Shown here one piece after another: positions 18,116 through 28,019 of a stretch of 56,889 nt of DNA (position 1 is its first letter; the number at the start of each line of letters is the position of its first letter). Origin of the DNA: Oscillospiraceae bacterium. GTDB taxonomy: Bacteria > Bacillota > Clostridia > Oscillospirales > Oscillospiraceae. Location: contig CADCQK010000259.1 of the NCBI GenBank assembly GCA_902803575.1, positions 1-56,889 of the forward strand, read 5' to 3'. The notes beneath the pieces are model-generated. The model was not told the origin of the DNA and did no database searches. It saw nothing but the letters and a program-made list of their open reading frames with translations. The position numbers were made by a program, and so were the translations under genes.

Positions 18116-18970
18116 TCAGTCGACAGTCTTCAGGGTGATGCAGGCGATCTCCGGGTTGTTCAAAAGCCGCGGGAAATAGCGGGTCTGTCCCAGGCCCACA
18201 GAAACGAACATCTGAAACCGCTCTCCGTCGTAGATCCCCGCGTCATAATCGGGAAACAGCGTGCGGTCCTCGCTCATCAGTCCCCCGATAAAGGGCAGCC
18301 GCACCACGCCGCCGTGGCTGTGGCCGCAGAGGATCAGATCCACCGGGAGCGTCGGATATTCCTCCACCCAGTAGTTCCGGTGGGCCAGCAGCAGCGTCCA
18401 GAGGCCGGGGTTCGCCGTCTGCGCATCCTCAATCACCTGATCCGGGGTCGCCAGATCCGCGTAGCTGTTGGGGTCCTCCACCCCGATCATCAGCAGAGAG
18501 TCGCCGTTTCGCTCCAAAACGTCATACTGGTTACGCATGCAGCGTACGCCTTCTGCTTCCAATGAAGCCATCAGCTCCTCTGCCAGCCCGGAGGCCCACT
18601 CGTGGTTGCCGGTGACATAACAGACCGGCGCGATGGAAGTCAGCGATCTTGCCAGTGTCAACGTCACCTGCATCTGCTCAGCATTTTCCACAAAATCACC
18701 GGTGAGCGCGATGAGATCCGGATTGCAGCTTCGAATCTTCTCCACCAGCTTTGTATTGTTTTCTCCAAATTCCGCTCCGTGCAGGTCCGTCAGCTCAACG
18801 ATGCGAAATCCATCGAAGGACGCCGGCAGAGTCTCGCTTTCGATCGTCACCTCGTTGGTCACGATCCGGTGGCCGCTGTCATAGAAAAGGCCGATGACCG
18901 CCAGAGTGACCACCAGCACAAGAACCAATGTGATTTTCAGCGTATTCGGTTTTCTTCTGTTTTCGTTCAT
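18116..18970 (-). CDS. Membrane-anchored metallophosphoesterase (YkuE-like)
   Basis: An N-terminal TM segment, then LTDLHG, GDFV, GNHE and GHSHGG calcineurin-like motifs. Confidence 0.85.
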   Translation of the reverse strand: MNENRRKPNTLKITLVLVLVVTLAVIGLFYDSGHRIVTNEVTIESETLPASFDGFRIVELTDLHGAEFGENNTKLVEKIRSCNPDLIALTGDFVENAEQMQVTLTLARSLTSIAPVCYVTGNHEWASGLAEELMASLEAEGVRCMRNQYDVLERNGDSLLMIGVEDPNSYADLATPDQVIEDAQTANPGLWTLLLAHRNYWVEEYPTLPVDLILCGHSHGGVVRLPFIGGLMSEDRTLFPDYDAGIYDGERFQMFVSVGLGQTRYFPRLLNNPEIACITLKTVD

Positions 18971-19077
18971 GGGCAGTTCCTTTCCCGAACATCATACGCC
19001 TTTTGCGGGCGATTCACAAGTGGCGAAGATGCACAATTTCCAGACTTTTCATTCACAGAATATTTCCATCCATGTGG

Positions 19078-19106
19078 TTGACAGAACACCAGGTATCCTA
19101 TATAAT
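19078..19106 (+). promoter_or_regulatory. Perfect-consensus sigma-A promoter (TTGACA-17-TATAAT)
   Basis: TTGACA at 19078-19083, a 17-nt spacer, TATAAT at 19101-19106. Confidence 0.7.
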
Positions 19107-19170
19107 ATTAAAGCTATTTCAGCAGATGCCGATACAAAAGCATCCATTTTAGAGAAACAGGTGAACCCTT

Positions 19171-20748
19171 ATGAGTGCATCCCAAGACAAGAAAACCCGC
19201 TCCCAGCAGCGTGCTGAGGGTACGGAGCGCCGCCAGGTCGCAGCGCAGAAAAAGGCTGCCGAAGACCGCAAGAGCCGCATCAAGTGGATCAGCGGCTCCA
19301 TCGCCGTCATTGTTCTGATCGCCGCCATTCTGCTGGGCAACTCCAGCCTCTTCTATCGCCAGAAGGCGTTGAAGGTCAATGACGAGACCTACAGTGTGGC
19401 CGAGGTCAACTATTTCTATAACGTTGCTTACCAGAACTTCTACAGCAGCTATGGTTCCTATGCCAGTGCTTTCGGTCTGGATACCAGCAAGCCGATGGAC
19501 GAGCAGGAATATACCATGAGCGATGAGTATGACACCTGGGCTGACTACTTCCTCGGCGAGGCGAAAAAGTCCATGACCGAGATCACCGCACTCAGCAAGG
19601 CCGCGGAAGACGAAGGTATGACTCTCTCCGAAGATGATATGGAAGAGATCGACGAGCAGATCGCCTCCATCGCCGAGTACGCCAAGAGTGCCGGCTACAC
19701 CTCCGCTTCCAAGTATATGGAGGCCATCTACGGCCGCGGCACCAATGAGAAGCTGGTCCGTGAGATGATGGCCAAGAGCATGCTGGCTTCCAACTACGCA
19801 CAGGAGAAGCAGGCAAGCTTCACCTACACTGCAGACGAGATCAAAGAAGAGTATGCCAATCATGCCAACGAGTATGACCTCTTCAATCTGCGTTACTATC
19901 TGGTAGCCGCTGAGACCAAGCAGGCCACCGATGCCGACGGTCACGAGACCGAAGCGCCCACCGAGGCTACCATGGCTGCCGCGAAGGAGACTGCCGACAA
20001 GATCGCCGAAGCTTCGAAGGACGCCGAATCCTTTGCCGCTGCTGTTGCCGAGCTGGGTGAGCCCACCGACGCAGTGGATGAAGATGGCAATCCCACCGGT
20101 GAGACGACCCCCGCTGAGCCCACTGTGGTGGAAAACAGCCAGGGCTCCAACCTGAGCTACTACGGCTTTGCCGACTGGGCCTTTGATGATGCCCGCGAGG
20201 CCGGCGACGTCGGTGTCGTTGAGGAAGAAGGCTCCGGCTACTATGTGGTTCTCTTCGAGGGCCGCGACACCAACGATTACAACACCGTTGACGTGCGCCA
20301 CATCCTGGTTCAGGTCACCGACACTGACGAAGACGGCGAGATCTCCGATGAGGAGAAGGCGGCTGCCGAGCAGACCATGGCGGATATTCAGGCCAAATGG
20401 GAAGCCGGCGAGCAGACCGAAGAGGCTTTTGCCGCTCTGGCAGAGGAGTACAGCCAGGATCATGGTTCCCACCACAACGGCGGTCTCTATGAGCATGTCT
20501 ACAAGGGCCAGATGGTCACGGAGTTCAACGATTTCTGCTTCGACGAGAGCCGCAAGCCCGGCGATGTGGGGCTGGTTTACAATGAGAGCACCGGCTATCA
20601 CCTGATCTACTTCGTGGGCGAGAACGTCCCCTACTGCGATTATCTGGGCGACCAGCAGCTGCGCAGTGAGGATTACAGCGCCTGGAAGGAGGAGTACATG
20701 GCCGACTTCGAGGCCGAGGAGCTCCGCGCGATCCGTTACGTCGGATAA
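19171..20748 (+). CDS. Membrane-anchored parvulin-type peptidyl-prolyl isomerase (PrsA/SurA-like)
   Basis: Basic N-terminus plus a TM segment (WISGSIAVIVLIAAILLG), a SurA-N-like region, and a PpiC domain with VRHILV ... GYHLIYF. Confidence 0.8.
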   Translation: MSASQDKKTRSQQRAEGTERRQVAAQKKAAEDRKSRIKWISGSIAVIVLIAAILLGNSSLFYRQKALKVNDETYSVAEVNYFYNVAYQNFYSSYGSYASAFGLDTSKPMDEQEYTMSDEYDTWADYFLGEAKKSMTEITALSKAAEDEGMTLSEDDMEEIDEQIASIAEYAKSAGYTSASKYMEAIYGRGTNEKLVREMMAKSMLASNYAQEKQASFTYTADEIKEEYANHANEYDLFNLRYYLVAAETKQATDADGHETEAPTEATMAAAKETADKIAEASKDAESFAAAVAELGEPTDAVDEDGNPTGETTPAEPTVVENSQGSNLSYYGFADWAFDDAREAGDVGVVEEEGSGYYVVLFEGRDTNDYNTVDVRHILVQVTDTDEDGEISDEEKAAAEQTMADIQAKWEAGEQTEEAFAALAEEYSQDHGSHHNGGLYEHVYKGQMVTEFNDFCFDESRKPGDVGLVYNESTGYHLIYFVGENVPYCDYLGDQQLRSEDYSAWKEEYMADFEAEELRAIRYVG

Positions 20749-20758
20749 GGAGAACAAC

Positions 20759-20917
20759 ATGGCAAAAGAGATGAAGACCGAGCGCTACAACCGCAAAACC
20801 ATGCGTGCCACCGAGCTGGCTGACGCGCTGGAGCGGGAGAAGGCCGCCGGATGGATTGTCTACAGCGCCGAAAACGAGGATGACGATTACGTAATCACCT
20901 TCGAAAAAGAAGACTGA
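20759..20917 (+). CDS. Small acidic hypothetical protein (52 aa)
   Basis: SD AAGGAGA at 20747-20753, ATG at 20759. Sequence MAKEMKTERYNRKTMRATELADALEREKAAGWIVYSAENEDDDYVITFEKED. Confidence 0.55.
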   Translation: MAKEMKTERYNRKTMRATELADALEREKAAGWIVYSAENEDDDYVITFEKED

Positions 20918-21086
20918 TATCACCATCCCGATCACGATGATTGCAAAGACATGAAAGAAACTCTCGGATTGGTTTGATACCGTTCTGAGAGTTCTTTCAT
21001 TTTGGTCATCCGGAAATCCGGTATCGGCAAAATGCCGTACGCCATAAACGAATTGATTGTAAAAACCGATTTGATGAGGTGATTGT

Positions 21087-23258
21087 ATGAAACGAACCAT
21101 TCGCAGATGGTCGGCACTGCTGCTCTGCCTTTGCATGATGCTGACCCTCAGCACCGCCGCCTTCGGCACATCTATGCCGGAGGTCACATCCGAAATGTCC
21201 AAACCGGGCTACTGGTCTGCGCTGCAGGCCGATCCATCCGCCCTTTTGATGACGCCGGAGGAGATCGCAGCCCAAAACGCCGCGAACATCGCCGAGCCGG
21301 GCACCAACATGACGGATCTCAAAAACCTGCCCGATACCATCGACGGCATTGCCCAGAAAAAAGCGCTGCAGGCCAGCGGTCAGGCCGACGCAAACCATTA
21401 CCTCGGCTGGACCTATCAGACCGACGGCAGCGCAGCCAATCAGGCTTTTTATGACAAGATGATCCGCAACATGTCGGATCCCAAGGCCAGCAAGGAGCAG
21501 CCTCTGCGCTATGCCATCACGGTGAACCGCACGACGCTGCACACCTTCCCTTCCAACGCGCAGATCCTCGATGATCCCGCGGACCCGGAGTTTGACTATC
21601 AGCACCTGACCGGTTTGCGCGTCAATGAGCCGCTGGTGATCTACGGCACCAGCGCCGACGGGAATTTCTATCTGGTGAAATCCATCAGCTGCCCCGGGTG
21701 GGTGCCGGCAGAGGATGTGGCCGTCTGCATCGATAAGGAAGAATGGCTCGACGCCTGGGACTTTGCTCCTGAGGACGCACTGGTGGTCTGGGGCACCTAT
21801 ACCACCGCCCTGTCCCTGGTGGCGCCGGAGGTCTCCCGCCGTCTGCTGACACAGGGCACCGTGCTGCAACGGGTGGAGCTGGAGGATCGCAACACGCTGG
21901 TGAACAACCGCGCTGCCTACAACAACCATGTGGTCTACCTCCCCGTGCGGAACGATGACGGCAGCTATGCCAAAAAGCTCTGCCTGATCGCGGAGCGTGC
22001 AGAGGTCTCTGTGGGCTATCTGCCCATGACCCGGGAGAACATCTCGAAGGCTGCACTCTCCGTCCTGGGTGACGCCTACGGCTGGGGCGGTATGATGCTC
22101 GCGGATGACTGCTCAGGTTATGTGCGGAACATCTACAAATGCTTCGGTCTGGAGCTGGCACGCAACACCAACTGGCAGCAGGCGATGCCGCTGTTCCAGC
22201 TGAATCTGACCGGTCTGAGTGACACGATGAAAGCCGCCGCGATCCGGGAGCTTCCCATCGGCGCGACGCTGTTTTTCAGCGGCCATGAGATGCTCTATCT
22301 GGGCTGCGTCAATGACAAGCTCTATGTGGTCAGCGCCGTCAGCAGCATCATGAATCCCGACGTGGAGGGCAAGCGCCAGCGGGCCAGGGACGTGATGATC
22401 AACACCCTGGACGTCAAACGCGCCAACGGCAACACCTGGCTGACCTCCCTTACCGGTGCGGACGTGCCCTTCTACCCGGCGGATGCCGGTGTGCTGGTGC
22501 CGCAGGAGAGCGAGCACGGCAGTGTGACGCTCAGCCCCATGATCGCGCCCAAGGGCACCGTTGTCACGGCTGCACCGCAGGCTGAATCGGGTTACGGGAT
22601 CCAGTCGCTGATCCTCACGGACGCAGATGGCGCGGAGACCACTGTCACCGAGCCCACCTTCCCCATGCCTGCCGGCATCAACCGTGTTCAGGCGGTCTTT
22701 GAATCGAAGACACTGACGAACATCCCGCCCAAAGAATTCGATGACGTCGCCTCTGACGCCTGGTATCATGACGCGGTACAGTGGGCTGTTGCCAGCGGCG
22801 TCACCAACGGCACCGGCGAGACCTCCTTCAGCCCGGACGCCTCCTGTACCCGCGCCCAGGCGGTCACCTTCCTTTGGCGCGCCGCCGGTTCTCCGGCTCC
22901 CGCCTCCGAGGTCAACCCCTTCCAGGATGTGGCGGAGGACGCTTACTATCACGACGCGGTCATCTGGGCAGTGGAGCAGAAGATCACCAACGGCACGGCG
23001 GAGGGCACCTTCAGCCCCGACGCCTCCTGCACCCGCAGCCAGATCGTCGCCCTCCTCTACCGCGCTGCCGGAAGCCCTGAGACGACCGAGGAATCCACCT
23101 TTGCGGATGTCGCTGCGGACGCGTTTTACGCCGACGCAGTGCGCTGGGCCCTGGAGCAGAAGATCACCAACGGCACCGACAGCAGCCGTTTCAGCCCCGA
23201 GATGACCTGCACCCGCGCCCAGATCGTCACCTTCCTCCAGCGCTTTGAAGCAAAATAA
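21087..23258 (+). CDS. Secreted NlpC/P60-family cell-wall hydrolase with C-terminal SLH-like repeats
   Basis: Signal peptide MKRTIRRWSALLLCLCMMLTLSTAAFG. NlpC/P60 core DDCSGYVRNIYKCFG ... GHEMLYLG. Three SLH-like units at the C-terminus. Confidence 0.85.
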   Translation: MKRTIRRWSALLLCLCMMLTLSTAAFGTSMPEVTSEMSKPGYWSALQADPSALLMTPEEIAAQNAANIAEPGTNMTDLKNLPDTIDGIAQKKALQASGQADANHYLGWTYQTDGSAANQAFYDKMIRNMSDPKASKEQPLRYAITVNRTTLHTFPSNAQILDDPADPEFDYQHLTGLRVNEPLVIYGTSADGNFYLVKSISCPGWVPAEDVAVCIDKEEWLDAWDFAPEDALVVWGTYTTALSLVAPEVSRRLLTQGTVLQRVELEDRNTLVNNRAAYNNHVVYLPVRNDDGSYAKKLCLIAERAEVSVGYLPMTRENISKAALSVLGDAYGWGGMMLADDCSGYVRNIYKCFGLELARNTNWQQAMPLFQLNLTGLSDTMKAAAIRELPIGATLFFSGHEMLYLGCVNDKLYVVSAVSSIMNPDVEGKRQRARDVMINTLDVKRANGNTWLTSLTGADVPFYPADAGVLVPQESEHGSVTLSPMIAPKGTVVTAAPQAESGYGIQSLILTDADGAETTVTEPTFPMPAGINRVQAVFESKTLTNIPPKEFDDVASDAWYHDAVQWAVASGVTNGTGETSFSPDASCTRAQAVTFLWRAAGSPAPASEVNPFQDVAEDAYYHDAVIWAVEQKITNGTAEGTFSPDASCTRSQIVALLYRAAGSPETTEESTFADVAADAFYADAVRWALEQKITNGTDSSRFSPEMTCTRAQIVTFLQRFEAK
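22737..23255 (+). repeat. Three SLH-like repeats
   Basis: FDDVASDAWYHDAVQWA..FSPDASCTRAQAVTFL, FQDVAEDAYYHDAVIWA..FSPDASCTRSQIVALL and FADVAADAFYADAVRWA..FSPEMTCTRAQIVTFL. Confidence 0.75.
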
Positions 23259-23274
23259 GTTTTCCCCAGAAACC

Positions 23275-23314
23275 AACGATCCCACTCCCTGAAATCAGAG
23301 AGTGGGATCGTTTT
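23275..23314. terminator. Terminator hairpin between convergent genes
   Basis: AACGATCCCACTC-12 nt-GAGTGGGATCGTT followed by TT. Confidence 0.7.
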
Positions 23315-23353
23315 CATGAAAACACTTTTATAAAAGCGGTTTCTTGAGATCGA

Positions 23354-23983
23354 TTATTTGGTACCGAAGATACGGTCGCCGGCGTCGCCGAGGCCGGGAA
23401 CGATGTAGCCGTGATCGTTCAGGTGCTCGTCCACCGCAGCGACGAAGATATCCACATCGGGGTGCGCCTTCTGCATGGCGTCCACGCCTTCCGGAGCGCC
23501 GATGATGCTCATGAGCTTGATGTGCTGGGCGCCGGCTTCCTTCAGGAAGGTGACCGCTGCCGCAGCGCTGCCGCCGGTGGCCAGCATGGGATCCACCACG
23601 ATGACGTCGCGCTCTGCGATGTCGGCGGGCATCTTGAAGTAGTACTTCACAGGCTCCAGGGTCTCGGGGTCACGGAACAGACCGATGTGACCGACCTTTG
23701 CATTGGGCATCAAGGTGACCATGCCGTCCACCATGCCGAGACCGGCGCGGAGGATCGGGACGATGGCCAGCTTCTTGCCGGCAATCTGCTTGCAGTGGGC
23801 CATGGCGACGGGGGTCTGCACCTCGACCTCCTCCAGAGGCAGGTCGCGGGTAGCCTCATAGCACATCAGCATGGCGATCTCGGAGATCAGCTCGCGGAAC
23901 TCCTTGACGCTGGTGGCCTCATCCCGGAGGATGGACAGCTTGTGCTGGATCAGCGGGTGGTCAAATACATGAACGTTGCTCAT
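23354..23983 (-). CDS. upp: Uracil phosphoribosyltransferase
   Basis: [31 protein letters not shown] and [17 protein letters not shown] motifs. Confidence 0.95.
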   Translation of the reverse strand: MSNVHVFDHPLIQHKLSILRDEATSVKEFRELISEIAMLMCYEATRDLPLEEVEVQTPVAMAHCKQIAGKKLAIVPILRAGLGMVDGMVTLMPNAKVGHIGLFRDPETLEPVKYYFKMPADIAERDVIVVDPMLATGGSAAAAVTFLKEAGAQHIKLMSIIGAPEGVDAMQKAHPDVDIFVAAVDEHLNDHGYIVPGLGDAGDRIFGTK

Positions 23984-24004
23984 AATGGTTTCTCCTTCTA
24001 TCTT

Positions 24005-24703
24005 TCAATTCTGAGATAATCTGGCTTGCCGCTCCCGCTCTGCCTGCGAGAGTCTGAGATACACCGGCTGCAGCTGGTCGCCGGAGACGAATTCCGACTC
24101 CTGCGCCGCCATGGCCACGCCCCAGGCGCTTTGATGGCGGAGATTCTCCGGTGCAAGTGTGAAATCAAATTCCGCTTTCCGGAAGGCTTCCGCGCAGAGC
24201 TCCGCGCCGTCACCCACCAGGAAGGGCGTCCAGTCATTGGAGCGTAATTCCTCCAAAAGCGCCTCTACAGAGATAGCGCGATCTTCACACAGGCGCTCCG
24301 GACGGCCGCTGCGGACTTCGAAAAGTGCATTGTACACCTGGCTGCGTCTGGCGTCCATGCAGCAGCAGATGAGACTTCCCTCACCTGCGGCCACGCCGTT
24401 CCATGCCATGGCGGCCAGGGTGGAGACACCGCAGGCAGGCTTTTCCGCCGCCCAGGCGAGGCCCTTCACTGCCGAGACGCCGATGCGGACGCCGGTAAAG
24501 GAGCCGGGACCGTGGGCCACCGCGAAGCCGTCCACGTCCTTCAACGGAATCCCAGTGTTCTTCAAAAGATCCTCCGCCATGGGCAAGAGGGTCCGGCTGT
24601 GGGTCAGGCCGCTGAGCTGGGTGGTCTGCCCCAAAAGGATACCGTCCCGAACCAGTGCCACAGAGGCGGCCTTTGCCGTGCTTTCCATTGCGAGAATCAG
24701 CAT
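24005..24703 (-). CDS. tsaB: tRNA t6A37 threonylcarbamoyltransferase complex dimerisation subunit TsaB
   Basis: MLILAMESTAKAASVALV and GPGSFTGVRIGVSAVKGLA motifs. Confidence 0.9.
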   Translation of the reverse strand: MLILAMESTAKAASVALVRDGILLGQTTQLSGLTHSRTLLPMAEDLLKNTGIPLKDVDGFAVAHGPGSFTGVRIGVSAVKGLAWAAEKPACGVSTLAAMAWNGVAAGEGSLICCCMDARRSQVYNALFEVRSGRPERLCEDRAISVEALLEELRSNDWTPFLVGDGAELCAEAFRKAEFDFTLAPENLRHQSAWGVAMAAQESEFVSGDQLQPVYLRLSQAERERQARLSQN

Positions 24704-25125
24704 AGGGACTCCCCTCCTTCCACGACAATGCGGCGGCTGTGGTCGCCGGTTTTTTCGAAGCGGACGATGATCTCGTCCCCTTCAAAGGCGTCCTCCACGT
24801 TTTCGCTCCACTCCACGGCACAGACGCTGCCGCGGCGGAGATAGTCCTCCCAGCCGATGTCAAACAGCTCGTCGCCGCTATGGAGACGGTACATATCAAA
24901 ATGGATCAGCTCCCGCTGGCCGCGGTACTCGTTCACGATGGTGAAGGTGGGGCTGCTGACACGGCAGTCGATTCCCATGCCCTTTGCCATGCCGCGAACG
25001 AAGGCAGTCTTCCCGGAGCCCAGCTCCCCGTACATGGCCACAACGCAGCCATCGGGCAGCGACCTGGCGAAGGTCTCCCCCGCCTGTTCGGTTTCGCGCT
25101 CACTGTTGGTGATGAATTCTGTCAT
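24697..25125 (-). CDS. tsaE: tRNA t6A37 ATPase subunit TsaE
   Basis: MYGELGSGKTAFVRG, SPTFTIVNEY and HFDMYRL motifs. Seven-nt overlap with tsaB. Confidence 0.9.
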   Translation of the reverse strand: MTEFITNSERETEQAGETFARSLPDGCVVAMYGELGSGKTAFVRGMAKGMGIDCRVSSPTFTIVNEYRGQRELIHFDMYRLHSGDELFDIGWEDYLRRGSVCAVEWSENVEDAFEGDEIIVRFEKTGDHSRRIVVEGGESLC

Positions 25126-25177
25126 AGTTTTACTTCCGTATTCATATTTCGTGAACCATTATAGCAGGAAATCGCCG

Positions 25178-25206
25178 TTGCGTAAAGTGTTTTTCTGTGT
25201 TATACT
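25178..25206 (+). promoter_or_regulatory. Putative sigma-A promoter (TTGCGT-17-TATACT)
   Basis: Hexamers read directly upstream of the SEDS gene. Confidence 0.45.
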
Positions 25207-25247
25207 ATCAATTTGTAAGGATTCAGAAGAAAGGAGGCATTTGCCCT

Positions 25248-26396
25248 GTGAAACGCTTTCGCGGCGCTGCAAAAGAATTCTTCCAGCGGGCGGATCTGCT
25301 GCTGCTGGGACTGAGTCTGATCTGCGCCATCTTCGGCATCATTGTCATCACAAGCGCCACCGCCTCCTATGACGGTACGGCAAAATATATCGTTGTGCAG
25401 ACGCTGTCCATGTTCCTCGGCATCATCGCCTTCGTGGTCATGACCCTGCTGGACGTGGACATTCTGGCGGACAAATGGCTGGCGCTGACCATTTTCAACG
25501 TCATCTTCATTGTGGGTCTTCTGGTTTTCGGCGTGGACGACGGCACCGGCAACAAGGCCTGGTACCGCTTCCTCGGCATCGGCGTGCAGCCCACCGAGAT
25601 CGTGAAGCTCTCCTTTACCATCGTTCTGGCAAAACAGATCTCCACCCTGCAGAAGAGCCCCCAGGGTCTGAACGCGCCGATGTCCGCTGTTCAGCTGGCA
25701 GGACACTTCATCCTGATCTTCGGCGTCATCCTCGCTGCATCCAAGGATCTGGGCTCTGCTTTGATCTTTTTCTTCATCTTCATTGTCATGCTGTTCGCGG
25801 CAGGCTTCGCACTTCGATGGTTCGCCATCGGCTTTGCGGCCATTGCGGCCATGATCCCGCTTTTGTGGAACTTCGTTTTGAAGGACTACCAGAAGCAGCG
25901 CATCCTAGCCCCCTACGACAGCACCATCGATCCCACCAACACCGGCATCAACTGGCAGGCCCATCAGAGTAAGATCGCTCTGGCTTCCGGAAGACTTACC
26001 GGAACCGGGCTATATCACGGCACCCAAAGTCAGTCCAGCCACTTCCCTGAAAAGCACACCGACTTTATCTTCGGCGTCATCGGCGAGGAGCTCGGCATGA
26101 TCGGCTGCATCGTTGTCGTGCTTCTTTTGACCGCCATCATCATCCGATGCGTCGTGGTGGGCGTCCGCTCCGGCAATTCCATGAGCGCGCTGATCTGCTT
26201 TGGTGTGGCGGCGTTCATGACCTTCCAGGCCTTTGAAAACATCGGCATGTGCATCGGCATCACGCCGGTCATCGGCATTACGCTCCCCTTCTTCAGCTAC
26301 GGCGGCTCCTCCCTGCTGGCAACCTTTGCCGCCATGGGCATGGTCTCCGGTGTGCACTATCGGCCCAAGCGGCGAAGAAGCACCATCTATTACTGA
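25248..26396 (+). CDS. FtsW/RodA/SpoVE (SEDS) family peptidoglycan glycosyltransferase
   Basis: GTG start 10 nt after GGAGG. Multi-TM protein with IQPTEIVKL, TDFIFGVIGEELG and PFFSYGGSSLL motifs. Confidence 0.85.
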   Translation: MKRFRGAAKEFFQRADLLLLGLSLICAIFGIIVITSATASYDGTAKYIVVQTLSMFLGIIAFVVMTLLDVDILADKWLALTIFNVIFIVGLLVFGVDDGTGNKAWYRFLGIGVQPTEIVKLSFTIVLAKQISTLQKSPQGLNAPMSAVQLAGHFILIFGVILAASKDLGSALIFFFIFIVMLFAAGFALRWFAIGFAAIAAMIPLLWNFVLKDYQKQRILAPYDSTIDPTNTGINWQAHQSKIALASGRLTGTGLYHGTQSQSSHFPEKHTDFIFGVIGEELGMIGCIVVVLLLTAIIIRCVVVGVRSGNSMSALICFGVAAFMTFQAFENIGMCIGITPVIGITLPFFSYGGSSLLATFAAMGMVSGVHYRPKRRRSTIYY

Positions 26397-26426
26397 TCCC
26401 ATTTTTTCATTCCCGAAGGAGAAACT

Positions 26427-27968
26427 ATGAAGACTTCCCGTACCCCTGTTTATGTGCTTGTCTGGCTGGCGATGCTTGCTGCGGAGGCTTACTCCGCCTT
26501 TCGCCTTTGGAAGCTCAGCATGCTCCCGCTGCGGCACAAGCTGCTGGTCATCATTCTCTTCACGATGGTGTGGCTCCTTGCCGGATTATTGTACATGCTC
26601 GGCAACAATGCCAGAAAAGGAAAACACCCCGGACTCTGGAGACGGATCATCGCCTGGGTGCTCTCCGTTGTCATGATCGCCGGATCTCTTTACAGCGTCC
26701 GTTTTGCCAACCAGCTGGATGAGACCATCGACAAGGTCACCACTACGGTAGCGGTCACCTCCACCATTGGTGTGTATGTCCTCAAGGACGACCCCGCCGA
26801 ATACATCGAAGACGCTGAGGGCTATACCTTCGGCATCACCAAGAGCTATGACGCCTCCAACACCAGCACGGCTGTCAAACAGCTCAAGGAAAAGCTGGAT
26901 GAGATGGAGACCGAGACCCACGACAGTGTGGTGGACATGGTGGACGCCCTCTACGCTAAGAAGGACAACGCCATCATCCTCAACGAGGCCTATGCCTCTC
27001 TGCTGGAGGATCAGGACGACTACGAGACCTTCAGCGAGGACACCCGCATTCTCTTTGAGATCGTGGTGGAGGAAGGCGACACCGATCAGATCATCTCCAA
27101 TGCCTTCTCCGAGGACGCCAATGTGGAGATGGGCGATTACAACTCCAGCATCGAGAATCTGAAGCCCGTGAACGTCACTGCGGAGCCCTTCGTGGTGTAT
27201 CTCAGCGGTTCTGACACCCGCAGCAAGATGCTCAGCACCAGCCGCAGCGACGTAAACATCCTCATGGTGGTCAACCCCGTGAGCAAGCAGATCCTGATGG
27301 TGAACACGCCCCGCGATTATTATGTGCCGAATCCCGCCGGAAGAGGCGCGCTGGACAAGCTGACCCACTGCGGCATCTATGGCATCGGCTGCTCTGTAGG
27401 CGCCCTGGCGAACCTGTATAACGTGCCGATCAACTATTACGCTCAGATCAACTTCACCGGTTTTGAAACCCTGATCGATGCAATCGGCGGCGTCACGGTG
27501 GAATCGGACTACGCCTTCAAGGGCTTCCAGGTGGGAGAGAATCACCTCAACGGAAAAGAAGCCCTGGTCTTCGCCAGAGAGCGTCACGCCTTTGCCACCG
27601 GTGACAATCAGCGCGGCAAGAACCAGATGAAGATTCTCACCGCCGTCATCGACAAGCTCTCCACCGGCACCATCATCATGCACCATGCCCAGATCCTCAA
27701 CAGCCTGCAGGGCATGTTCGTGACCAATCTGAGCAGCAGCGAGATCAACGATCTCATCAAGATGCAGCTCAATGACGGCGCAAAGTGGAACATCAAATCC
27801 TTCGCCGTCACCGGCAACGGCGGCAGCAATTACACCTATTCCATGCCGAATTTCCGGGCATACGTCATGTATCAGGACGCAGGTCTGGTGAACGCCGCCA
27901 GTGAGCTGGTGCAGCGGGTAATCAACGGAGATACCCTCACCAAAAAAGACGTCTCCAAAAGCGCATAA
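26427..27968 (+). CDS. LCP (LytR-CpsA-Psr) family glycopolymer-to-peptidoglycan ligase
   Basis: N-terminal TM segments, then SRSDVNILMVVNP, VNTPRDYYV, INFTGFETLIDAIGGV and ALVFARERH motifs. Confidence 0.85.
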   Translation: MKTSRTPVYVLVWLAMLAAEAYSAFRLWKLSMLPLRHKLLVIILFTMVWLLAGLLYMLGNNARKGKHPGLWRRIIAWVLSVVMIAGSLYSVRFANQLDETIDKVTTTVAVTSTIGVYVLKDDPAEYIEDAEGYTFGITKSYDASNTSTAVKQLKEKLDEMETETHDSVVDMVDALYAKKDNAIILNEAYASLLEDQDDYETFSEDTRILFEIVVEEGDTDQIISNAFSEDANVEMGDYNSSIENLKPVNVTAEPFVVYLSGSDTRSKMLSTSRSDVNILMVVNPVSKQILMVNTPRDYYVPNPAGRGALDKLTHCGIYGIGCSVGALANLYNVPINYYAQINFTGFETLIDAIGGVTVESDYAFKGFQVGENHLNGKEALVFARERHAFATGDNQRGKNQMKILTAVIDKLSTGTIIMHHAQILNSLQGMFVTNLSSSEINDLIKMQLNDGAKWNIKSFAVTGNGGSNYTYSMPNFRAYVMYQDAGLVNAASELVQRVINGDTLTKKDVSKSA

Positions 27969-27976
27969 CAAATAAC

Positions 27977-28004
27977 CAGGCCGTCCGTCAGGGCGGCCTG
28001 ATTT
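27977..28004 (+). terminator. Terminator hairpin
   Basis: A 10-bp stem CAGGCCGTCC / GGGCGGCCTG with a GTCA loop, followed by ATTT. Confidence 0.55.
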
Positions 28005-28019
28005 GGGAAGGACCCTTTT

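Noticed and set aside
20918-21086. c-di-AMP (ydaO-type) riboswitch upstream of the NlpC/P60 gene
   Set aside because: Such riboswitches often precede wall hydrolases. This 169-nt leader lacks the conserved G-rich/ACCC-type cores I remember and shows only a terminator-like hairpin and two short hairpins.
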